From Bacteroidota bacterium (lineage in GTDB: Bacteria; Bacteroidota; Bacteroidia; J057), in contig JBCBPW010000003.1 in assembly GCA_039820545.1 (NCBI GenBank), positions 6,938 through 70,937 of the forward strand: a stretch of DNA of 64,000 nt. Reading direction: 5' to 3'. The notes under the pieces were generated by a model. It searched no databases, was not told the DNA's origin, and saw only the letters and a program-made list of their open reading frames with translations. Within the stretch, counting starts at the first letter, position 1. The number at the start of each line of letters is the position of its first letter. Of the stretch, positions 14,803 to 22,789 are shown one piece after another. The position numbers were made by a program, and so were the translations under genes.

Positions 14803-17511
14803 ATGAAACCTCTCCATTACCGCGTTTCCATCATACACTTGTTCTTGATTTCCTCCTGTCTGATAGGGTGTGCCTATGCCCAAAGTCAGGACGATTCCCT
14901 TTCTCTGAAGAAATTGTACCTCAAAGAAGCTCGGCTATTCCGAGAAGCTCCCTCATTTTACCTTGCCAAATGGGATTCGATAGCAGCCACAGTAGATAGT
15001 CTGCAAGCCCCTCACGCACACGCATGGGCGCACTACACACTTGGGATATTGAAGGGGCAGTATTTTCAGCAGATGAATGGAGCCAAGGAGGAAATGAAAC
15101 GTGCGCTCTGGGGATATGAACGCACGGGTGACTCCATTTCTATGGGGAAAACGTACGCATTTGTAGGATCTGCTCAGTACTTTATGGGGGAATGGGAGGA
15201 GTCGAAGCAAAACTTTATACAGTCAGAGGCCATTCTCATGCGTACAACGGATACCTTTAGCCTTGCCCGCACCTTGATGAGTTATGGGGCTTTGGAAAAA
15301 AAGAGGGGAGACTTAGGATCGGCTTTGGAGGTCTTGAGAAGAGGCGCACGATTGGCAAAAAGTCTGAATAATACACGGCTTCACTCTAATATTCAAGTGA
15401 ATATTGGAGCTTGTCATAGCGAATTGGGGCAATTAGAAGCTGCCTATGCCTTGTATACAGCTGCCTTGCAAGGATTCGAAGCCATAGACGATAAGCGTGG
15501 CCAGGGGATCTGCTGGCTCAATCAAGGGAGAATTCGATACAAGCAGGAAGCCTATCAGGAAGCAGAAAATGAGCTGCTAAGGGCATCAGCTCAATTGCTA
15601 ACCATTGGTCAAAAGACATTCTATACCACTGCTCAGACCAATCTCGCCTACGTCTATCGAGAAACCCAGCAGTGGCGCAAAGCGCGCGCAGCTTTTGAAC
15701 GTGCGCTAGCGATAGCTCAGGAGACGGATAACCAGGGCCTTGCCCATGTCGTCACAAGAGAAAAGGCCTATTTGGACTATTTAGCAGAGGATTACACGCA
15801 AGCAGCACAAGGTCTTAAGGACGCACTTGCGCTAGCGACTCGAGATTTGGTGGATGGTTTTCCTAGGGCAGGTGACATCCGCATGCCATTTGAAGCCATC
15901 CATACCGCACACTATTTGGGACGAGCCCAGTATGGAGTATATCAAGAAAATTTGGAAACGAATGCCCTAGGTGCAGCCTTAAATAGCTACAGACTGGCAT
16001 TAAATCTGATCGATTCCCTCCGCCTCAGTCAACATCACCGTGAGAGTCAAAGCCATGTAGCCGAAATCAATGATCAGGTTTTTGCTGAGACAATGGATTT
16101 GCTATACCTCATGTATGAAAAGACACAAAATCCTAAGTTGTGGGAGGAGATGTGGTACGTCGCAGAGCGCAATCGGAGTTTCCAACTCTTCCAGTCCATG
16201 CTGAAAGTCCAAAAGGTATCCGCTTCTTCTGATGCGCCCTTACACCAGACATTTGCCCCTACTCTCATAGCGGATATTCAAGCCCAACTCCTTCCCGATG
16301 AGCACATACTGAGTTACATGTATGGAAAAGAAAAGGTGTGGGCCATGAAGCTAAGTACCCAAGATCTGAAAGTACAATCGGTAGGTTTGGTCGAATCTGT
16401 CGATGAAGGGGTCCAGAAAATGCGTAAAGCACTGACAAGTTATTGGGAAGCGATGCGGACCTGTCAAGATACTTCAGGGAATGGCTGTGATTCTGTGGGA
16501 GCCACCGCCTTCGTTCAGCAAGCCTACGATGTGTATCGCCAGATTTGGCGTCCAAGCTTTGATGAGAACGGACCATTTCCTCAGCGGGTAATTATCATTC
16601 CGCATGGACAGTTGCATTTACTACCGTTTGGGGCATTACTTACCGCTCATCCTGATATTCCACACCAATGGCGTTCTCACGCGTACCTCCTCCAAAGGTA
16701 TGAGCTTCAGCAAGCGTACTCCGCTCGAATTTGGTACGTGCAGCATACACGTACCCCTTCAAAGGAAGAAAAAGCGAACGCATCTTTGGCTCTAGCGCCC
16801 TTCGTAAAGGGAACCCCCAGCTATTTGACTACACGCCAATCAGCCGATCGTGCTTTTTTTACGCCTCTACCCCATAGTCAGCAAGAAATAGATGCCCTCG
16901 CTTCTCACTGGGAAGTACAAATAAAGACCGGGGCAGCAGCAGATGCTCAGAGCTTGTGGGAGAACCATGAGCCATATCAAGTTCTTCATATTTCTTCTCA
17001 TGCGAAGGTACATTTCAACGCGCCTTCGGAGTCCTTTATCGCTATGGCAGATACGCTCATAGGGTTGACGCAGATCCAATCGAGTAGCTTACGCGTAGAC
17101 TTGGTGGTGCTGAGTGCGTGTGAGACAGGCATCGGACAATATCAAAAAGGAGAAGGGGTGCTGAGTTTGGGCAGGGCTTTCCACGAAGCGGGGGCAGCAA
17201 GTAGTCTGACGACACTCTGGCAGGTGGAGGACGCAGCAACGAGCAAGATTATTGCGCAGTTTTATCATCACCTTGCAAAGGGAATGGATAAGGCGCAGGC
17301 CTTGCAGCAAGCACAGCTCGACTACATCAGCCAAAGTGACCGCAGATGGACACACCCCTTTTTCTGGTCTGCATGGGTACTCATGGGAGATGAACAACCG
17401 ATAGACACTCCACCGATTATTCCAGCTTTTGTGTGGGGATTCGCAGGAGTACTCATATTGGGCTTGGGCTGGTATCTGGGAAGGCGAAGAAGTAGGAGAA
17501 TGCGTGATTGA
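14803..17511 (+). CDS. TPR-repeat CHAT-domain protein (caspase-like protease fold) with C-terminal TM anchor
   Basis: The N-terminal ~400 aa have TPR-like repeats. The C-terminal part is a CHAT domain with HISSHA (His at 16999..17001) and LVVLSACETGIG (Cys at 17119..17121). The final segment IIPAFVWGFAGVLILGLGWYLGRRRSRR is hydrophobic. The start is taken at ATG 14803, because the tracked 14767 start is a TTG. Confidence 0.85.
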   Translation: MKPLHYRVSIIHLFLISSCLIGCAYAQSQDDSLSLKKLYLKEARLFREAPSFYLAKWDSIAATVDSLQAPHAHAWAHYTLGILKGQYFQQMNGAKEEMKRALWGYERTGDSISMGKTYAFVGSAQYFMGEWEESKQNFIQSEAILMRTTDTFSLARTLMSYGALEKKRGDLGSALEVLRRGARLAKSLNNTRLHSNIQVNIGACHSELGQLEAAYALYTAALQGFEAIDDKRGQGICWLNQGRIRYKQEAYQEAENELLRASAQLLTIGQKTFYTTAQTNLAYVYRETQQWRKARAAFERALAIAQETDNQGLAHVVTREKAYLDYLAEDYTQAAQGLKDALALATRDLVDGFPRAGDIRMPFEAIHTAHYLGRAQYGVYQENLETNALGAALNSYRLALNLIDSLRLSQHHRESQSHVAEINDQVFAETMDLLYLMYEKTQNPKLWEEMWYVAERNRSFQLFQSMLKVQKVSASSDAPLHQTFAPTLIADIQAQLLPDEHILSYMYGKEKVWAMKLSTQDLKVQSVGLVESVDEGVQKMRKALTSYWEAMRTCQDTSGNGCDSVGATAFVQQAYDVYRQIWRPSFDENGPFPQRVIIIPHGQLHLLPFGALLTAHPDIPHQWRSHAYLLQRYELQQAYSARIWYVQHTRTPSKEEKANASLALAPFVKGTPSYLTTRQSADRAFFTPLPHSQQEIDALASHWEVQIKTGAAADAQSLWENHEPYQVLHISSHAKVHFNAPSESFIAMADTLIGLTQIQSSSLRVDLVVLSACETGIGQYQKGEGVLSLGRAFHEAGAASSLTTLWQVEDAATSKIIAQFYHHLAKGMDKAQALQQAQLDYISQSDRRWTHPFFWSAWVLMGDEQPIDTPPIIPAFVWGFAGVLILGLGWYLGRRRSRRMRD

Positions 17512-17676
17512 TTTCTTACCTCATCATGTGAGATGGGGTATATCTGCGTCTCTTAGGTAGGAGGAATAATAAAAATGAGAAAAATCAAAGAACGGATCTG
17601 GATATAAACCTATTTTTTCCGTCTTGTATTTGTTCTCTATTGTCCTTTATGGAAGAAAAGCTAAACCTCAAAAATA

Positions 17677-18261
17677 ATGCGAAAAAGACATAGTAAAGAA
17701 GCCCTTATCGTCTCAGGGATGAACCTGATTCGTAGGCAAGGATATCATCACACAGGAATCAATGATATATTGAAAGCGGCTCAAATACCTAAAGGAAGTT
17801 TTTACAACTTTTTTGAGTCCAAGCAGATGTTTGGAGAAGCCGTCATCAAGGCTTACGGGGACCAACAAGTAGCCTTTCTGAAAGGGGTGCTGGATCACAA
17901 GAGAGAAAGTCCGTTAAAGCGCATTGAAACACTCTATCGTACGATCAATCGGTATCATGAGTCAGAAGATTTTCGCCACGGCTGTCTGGTCAATAATATT
18001 TCAATAGAAGTAGCAGGAGTAAATGATAAACTAGCTGAAGTTTTGGATACGCAGTTTCGCCGCTGGGTGGACATCATTGCCGCTTGCATCGCAGAAGGCC
18101 AACAGGCTGGGGAGATTCGCGACGATATCTCTGCTCATCAACTGGCCCATTTGATTCATACGAATCTCTACGGCGCACATGCCAGAATGAAAGCTGCGCG
18201 CAATCGTGAAGCACTTGATATGGCATTAGAAATGAATCTCCAGTATATCCAAACGGTTTGA
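17677..18261 (+). CDS. TetR/AcrR-family transcriptional regulator
   Basis: N-terminal HTH GYHHTGINDILKAAQIPKGSFYNFFESKQ. Size 194 aa. Confidence 0.9.
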   Translation: MRKRHSKEALIVSGMNLIRRQGYHHTGINDILKAAQIPKGSFYNFFESKQMFGEAVIKAYGDQQVAFLKGVLDHKRESPLKRIETLYRTINRYHESEDFRHGCLVNNISIEVAGVNDKLAEVLDTQFRRWVDIIAACIAEGQQAGEIRDDISAHQLAHLIHTNLYGAHARMKAARNREALDMALEMNLQYIQTV

Positions 18262-18264
18262 CAC

Positions 18265-18291
18265 GTAGAGCCACCGCCATAGGATGGCCTC
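18265..18291 (+). repeat. GTAGRR-CCACCGCCA hairpin element (copy 1)
   Basis: gtagagccaccgccataggatggcctc, starting 4 nt after the tetR-family stop codon. It aligns with 55634..55660 and 63564..63591. Confidence 0.4.
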
Positions 18292-18381
18292 TCAAATCAT
18301 CGCCATGGCATGGCTTCTGAAACGCTATGGGAAAAAAGAAATTTTTGAAGCCAATCGACTTTTTCTTCGTACGCTCTAAGA

Positions 18382-18413
18382 CCCTGTTTGGAATAATGAA
18401 AATCTAACTAAAA
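18382..18413 (-). promoter_or_regulatory. conserved upstream box, orphan copy (no co-oriented gene downstream)
   Basis: The minus strand reads ttttagttagattttcattattccaaacaggg, about 27/31 identical to 58251..58282. It points toward the 3' end of the plus-strand tetR-family gene. Confidence 0.3.
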
Positions 18414-18590
18414 AGCAGAGATTTTAGATTCTGACGAAAGCTATTTTTGAGATTTAGTGGGGCTAAATCGATCAAAACAGATGAAGTTCAGGTTCTGAAA
18501 GCACAAACTTTTCGCAGATGTGAAGTTTCAAATATGGTCTAAGATTAGTAGGGAAAATTCCCTTCATTCGATTACAATTATTTCATCGCT

Positions 18591-19400
18591 ATGACCCATA
18601 CAGACCAACTGAGCCAATTTTTTGAGGAGAATAAGCATTCTTGGAATACCCGGACGGATATCCACCAAACATCAGAGATGTATGACATGGGAGCCTTTCG
18701 AGCGGGGCAGACCTCTCTACGTGAGATAGAGTTAGCAGAGGTAGGAGATGTCCAGGGGAAAAGTATGCTCCATGTCCAGTGCCATTTTGGGCAGGACACC
18801 ATCTCATGGGCAAGGATGGGGGCTCAGGCGACAGGTACAGACTTCTCTGATAGAGCCATAGAAATCGCCAGGTCCTTGGCCGCAGCGGAGTCCCTTGATA
18901 CACGCTTCATTTGTGCCAATACCTATGACTTACCCGAACATCTGGATGAGCAATTTGATATTGTATTTACGTCTTACGGTGTGATTGGGTGGTTGCCCGA
19001 CCTTAAAAAATGGGCAGAAATACTCGCACGATATGTGAAGCCTGGGGGTATCTTTTACATGGTGGAGTTTCACCCTGTCCTGTGGATGATGGATGATGAG
19101 GTACGGAAGATCACGTATTCCTATTTTGACAAGGGGGTCATTGCCTATGAGGAATCCGACTATACCGATCATGAGGGCCAGCACGGCACGACCAAAAACT
19201 ATGCTTGGAACCATAGTCTCTCGGATGTCATTACGCCCTTGATCGCACAGGGGTTGACATTAGAGTTTTTACATGAGTTTGACTATTCTCCCTATGATTG
19301 CTTTCAAAATGCGGTATCTGTTGGGGAAAAACGTTGGCAGGTGAAAGATTATGAGGGCGTTTTTCCACTGGCTTACTCCATCAAGCTTCGGAAGGATTGA
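18591..19400 (+). CDS. class I SAM-dependent methyltransferase
   Basis: MLHVQCHFGQDTISWARMGAQATGTDFSDRAIEIA is the motif I/II region typical of a widespread small-molecule methyltransferase family. Confidence 0.8.
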   Translation: MTHTDQLSQFFEENKHSWNTRTDIHQTSEMYDMGAFRAGQTSLREIELAEVGDVQGKSMLHVQCHFGQDTISWARMGAQATGTDFSDRAIEIARSLAAAESLDTRFICANTYDLPEHLDEQFDIVFTSYGVIGWLPDLKKWAEILARYVKPGGIFYMVEFHPVLWMMDDEVRKITYSYFDKGVIAYEESDYTDHEGQHGTTKNYAWNHSLSDVITPLIAQGLTLEFLHEFDYSPYDCFQNAVSVGEKRWQVKDYEGVFPLAYSIKLRKD

Positions 19401-19514
19401 GATTTTGGGCTAGGCAAATTTCCTTTATCTTTGGTCGTCTGGATAGATCAAAGGGACGACTTGTATGAGCATCCAGCCTTTCATTGACCTTCATACATCC
19501 ATTTACCACTATAC

Positions 19515-20612
19515 ATGAAAAAGAAAGTACTCGTAGTCACAGGCGGAGGCGACTGTCCTGGGCTGAATGCTGTCATCCGTGCCATCTACAAGCGCGCCCG
19601 CTTGGAGCCCGATTGGGAAGTCGTCGGATCGATAGATGCTTACAATGGGATCATGAAAGACCCTCCAGAGCTGATGCCTCTCAATAGCCAAAATACAGGA
19701 GGGATTCACGTGAAGGGAGGGACCATCATCGGCACGACCAATAAGGGCGAGCCTTTTAACTATCCCATGGAGCGTCCCGATGGAACCATTGAGGTTGTCG
19801 ACATCTCCGATGATTTGATCGCGAGGATCAAAGACAATGGGTTTGAGGCTGTGATCAGCATCGGAGGAGACGGTTCCCAGACCATCGCACACCGTCTATT
19901 TCAGAAGGGACTGAACGTCGTAGGTGTACCCAAAACAATAGACAACGATCTGAGTGCAACCGATATGACCTTTGGGTATCAGACGGCTGTGCAGATAGCG
20001 ACAGAGAGCCTGGATCGACTTGTGACGACGGCAGAGAGTCATAGTCGCACACTGATCATGGAGGTCATGGGACGCGATGCAGGATGGATCGCCTTGAGTA
20101 CCGCTGTCGCATCTGGAGCAGAGGTCTGCCTGATTCCTGAGATTCCTTATGACATCCACAAGGTGGTGGAAGCCGTAGAAGCGCGCTATGTCAACGGTCG
20201 TGGCTTCGCCAACATCGTCATCGCCGAAGGCGCCAAGCCCAAAGATGGCAATGTCGTAGCCCGCCAAAGCGAAGAACTAGGATATGGCAATCGCGTCCTC
20301 GGTGGAGTAGGGCACATCCTACAGGATCAACTCAAGAATGCCAATTGTCAGGCAAGTACACGTGTGACGGTGCTAGGGCATACCCAGCGAGGAGGGATTC
20401 CGATTGCCTTTGACCGCATCCTGGCGACACAGTTTGGGATCAAGGCCTTCGAGATGGTGCTAGAAAAGAAATTTGGTCGCATGGCTTCCTATCGCAACAG
20501 TACCATTGTGGATGTGAGTTTGGAAGATGCCATTACAGATTATAACTACATTCACCCTGACGATTATCTCATCCAAACCGCCCGTGGGTTGGGGATGTGT
20601 TTGGGAGATTGA
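19515..20612 (+). CDS. pfkA: 6-phosphofructokinase
   Basis: GGGDCPGLNAVIRA, IGGDGS, PKTIDNDL and MGRDAGWIAL motifs. Confidence 0.9.
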   Translation: MKKKVLVVTGGGDCPGLNAVIRAIYKRARLEPDWEVVGSIDAYNGIMKDPPELMPLNSQNTGGIHVKGGTIIGTTNKGEPFNYPMERPDGTIEVVDISDDLIARIKDNGFEAVISIGGDGSQTIAHRLFQKGLNVVGVPKTIDNDLSATDMTFGYQTAVQIATESLDRLVTTAESHSRTLIMEVMGRDAGWIALSTAVASGAEVCLIPEIPYDIHKVVEAVEARYVNGRGFANIVIAEGAKPKDGNVVARQSEELGYGNRVLGGVGHILQDQLKNANCQASTRVTVLGHTQRGGIPIAFDRILATQFGIKAFEMVLEKKFGRMASYRNSTIVDVSLEDAITDYNYIHPDDYLIQTARGLGMCLGD

Positions 20613-20628
20613 GGAAAAGAATGATTAC

Positions 20629-20657
20629 GTAGAGGCGTCGATTTATCGCGTCTCTAC
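20629..20657 (+). repeat. GTAGAG hairpin after the pfkA stop (related to GTAGRR family)
   Basis: gtagaggcgt-cgatttatc-gcgtctctac: a 10-bp stem including two G-U pairs, 17 nt after the stop. It is followed by ctacataggatg, which is shared with 18278..18287. Confidence 0.4.
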
Positions 20658-20673
20658 ATAGGATGTCCTGTGC

Positions 20674-20735
20674 CTGTTCAATGTCCTGAAGGGACAGTGT
20701 AAAATGGTATGTGGATTTTAGTCCCATGCTCGAAG
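20674..20735 (+). repeat. 62-nt conserved intergenic box (copy 1)
   Basis: 53/62 nt are identical to the reverse complement of 42589..42650. It lies in the convergent intergenic region downstream of pfkA. Confidence 0.85.
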
Positions 20736-20765
20736 TTACCTACAATCTGTAGGAGACAGGACCCT

Positions 20766-20826
20766 AAAAAATGGATGCTCTGCGTAGTTTGATGACTACT
20801 CAGAGCATCTTATTTCACTTTTTCTT
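20766..20826. terminator. bidirectional terminator hairpin
   Basis: 9-bp stem gatgctctg (20774..20782) with cagagcatc (20801..20809). It is flanked by an A-run upstream and a T-rich tract downstream, and lies between convergent genes. Confidence 0.6.
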
Positions 20827-20838
20827 TTGGTCAGATAC

Positions 20839-21957
20839 CTAATTCGCTCTTTCCTCCACTACAGCATCTAAGCATTGCTGTATCGCCTCGACGTAGGAGG
20901 GCCATTCTTCTTTTTCACCTTCTGTCAAAGCCTCCAGATGTGGGAGTGCCGCTTCTAGATAAGTGTAAGGTTGAATGTATTTCCCCTTTTTCCTTCTGGC
21001 ATCATATCGTTCCTGGTATTGCATGTAGGCATCAAATGCTTTCTCCAAATAAAAATTGGCCCAGCACTGATGCGCAATGGTATGTTGGGGATCATACGTC
21101 AAAATCTCCTGATAGGCGACCCTTGAATTGGTATATTGTCCCTTCTTCCAAAAGATGGCAGCCAGCGATTCTCTCGCTTTGACATCTTCGGGAAATGCCT
21201 GTAAATGATCCTGTAGAAAAACTACTTCATCGATTCCAGGGAGGATATTTGCCTGTATCAATATCGTCGTAGGGGGAGCCCAATCGAAAGGCTGAGGAAA
21301 TGGATAAGCCTTTGCTGAGGGAGGAGGGCCTAGTTGTGTCACAAATAACTGCCAATACACATGTGCCGCTTGCTGACTAGAAACATAATCTGGACTTATA
21401 TGCGGGGAAGGGGCTTCGGCACGTCTGGCTTTTTGCCATGCGGCTAAAGCTTCCTCATATTGATCTCGCTTCCAAAATGTAAAGGCACTGGCCAACCAGA
21501 CTTGAGGATCTTCTGGATAGATCTGCCTTGTCTTCCAAAAATAACGGTCAGCCTGGGCATAATGACCTGAATTGTACTGTTTGACACCTTGGTTGTAAAG
21601 ATAGGGAGCCAGAAATTCTAGTGTTTCAGATGCCATTTCTCTGAATTGTCCCTTATCAAGTTCCTTGACTGTCGCCAGATGCGTGTAGGCGCGCTCCCAT
21701 GCATCTCGAAACTTACGGGCCTGCTTGGGACTTTTGCCCAAAGCATAGTACGCTTCTCCCAATAGATAATGAACTTGCACAAGATGAACTTCAGGAACGT
21801 CGTCCTTCGCCAAGTGGCGTGTCAGTAATTTTACAACTGTGGCAGGGTCGCCCTGGTCCCATGCGACATGGGCCCGTAAAAGCGGATCATCGGGAATTTG
21901 TGCTTGTAGACCAAAAGCGAAAGTGCAGAGGATCAGGAAGATAAATGGTTTATTCAT
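20839..21957 (-). CDS. secreted TPR-repeat protein
   Basis: Signal peptide MNKPFIFLILCTFAFGLQAQ. Repeated TPR-like A/Y/W patterns (e.g. YLLGEAYYALGK, AQADRYFWKT, YEEALAAWQKA). Confidence 0.7.
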   Translation of the reverse strand: MNKPFIFLILCTFAFGLQAQIPDDPLLRAHVAWDQGDPATVVKLLTRHLAKDDVPEVHLVQVHYLLGEAYYALGKSPKQARKFRDAWERAYTHLATVKELDKGQFREMASETLEFLAPYLYNQGVKQYNSGHYAQADRYFWKTRQIYPEDPQVWLASAFTFWKRDQYEEALAAWQKARRAEAPSPHISPDYVSSQQAAHVYWQLFVTQLGPPPSAKAYPFPQPFDWAPPTTILIQANILPGIDEVVFLQDHLQAFPEDVKARESLAAIFWKKGQYTNSRVAYQEILTYDPQHTIAHQCWANFYLEKAFDAYMQYQERYDARRKKGKYIQPYTYLEAALPHLEALTEGEKEEWPSYVEAIQQCLDAVVEERAN

Positions 21958-22026
21958 GCTAAAACGAACATAGTGAAAATCTAGTCCCGTTCGCTTTATT
22001 TTAGGTGAATGGTTGGATCTGACGAC

Positions 22027-22680
22027 TCATTGTCCATTCACAAGGGAGGAGTTGTTTGTGTTCTTCCTCAGTTTTTTTACCACTTCTTCAAATACCTCAG
22101 GTCGTTCTATCCAGACTGTTTGTATCCCCAGTGCTTCTGCCGCACGGATATTGGTCCGAGAGTCATCTACAAAAAGTGTCTCTTCTGCCTTCCAGCCCAT
22201 CTGTTTCAGTGCCATCAAGAACATGCGTGGATCAGGCTTTTTGATACCCATTTCAAATGAGACAAACAGTTGATCCATGGCCGCAAACATTTCCGCGCAT
22301 TCTGGACTGTAATGATCAAAATGTACACGACTGGTATTGCTCAGGAGGGCAAGATCAAAGTGCTGGGAGAGTGCCTGGATCATCTGTGTACGGCCTGGAT
22401 AAAGCTGAATAAGGAGATCAAGCCAGATGGTTCGAATTTGTTCTTCTTGAGCTTGTAGCTGAAAGGTATCGATCAAGCCTTGGGCAAAAGCAGGAAATTC
22501 AATTCTGCCCTGATCCAGATCGGCAAACCAGTCATACTGAATTTCTTTTCCCAGCGTCATGGGCTCGACACCTTCGGGTTGCAAACTGCGGAAGGCTGCC
22601 AGCGTCTTTGGAAAGTCGATTTCGTATAGAACTCCTCCAAGGTCAATGAGCAAGTGGCGAATATCCGTGAATGAAGACAT
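22027..22680 (-). CDS. HAD-superfamily hydrolase (subfamily IA-like)
   Basis: Motif I LLIDLGGVLY from the ATG at 22680, motif II LLSNTS, motif IV FVDDS. Confidence 0.8.
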   Translation of the reverse strand: MSSFTDIRHLLIDLGGVLYEIDFPKTLAAFRSLQPEGVEPMTLGKEIQYDWFADLDQGRIEFPAFAQGLIDTFQLQAQEEQIRTIWLDLLIQLYPGRTQMIQALSQHFDLALLSNTSRVHFDHYSPECAEMFAAMDQLFVSFEMGIKKPDPRMFLMALKQMGWKAEETLFVDDSRTNIRAAEALGIQTVWIERPEVFEEVVKKLRKNTNNSSLVNGQ

Positions 22681-22748
22681 GAAATGCTTATTATATACCC
22701 ATAAACATAGCATTTTCCCCGTAGCTTGCTACAGGAAAAATGCTTAGA

Positions 22749-22782
22749 GGATGTTGGAAATAACGAAAATCTAGCCCTAAAA
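22749..22782 (-). promoter_or_regulatory. conserved upstream box (copy upstream of HAD hydrolase gene)
   Basis: The minus strand reads ttttagggctagattttcgttatttccaacatcc, about 70 nt upstream of the 22680 start. Confidence 0.35.
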
Positions 22783-22789
22783 GAGCTTT

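Noticed and set aside
17575-17607. 10-codon mini-ORF (MRKIKERIWI) preceded by a strong AGGAGG 8 nt upstream, in the leader of the TetR-family gene
   Set aside because: It is too short to evaluate from sequence alone, and no attenuator structure is evident downstream. It is noted because strong Shine-Dalgarno sequences appear rare in this window. Ribosome profiling would be needed.
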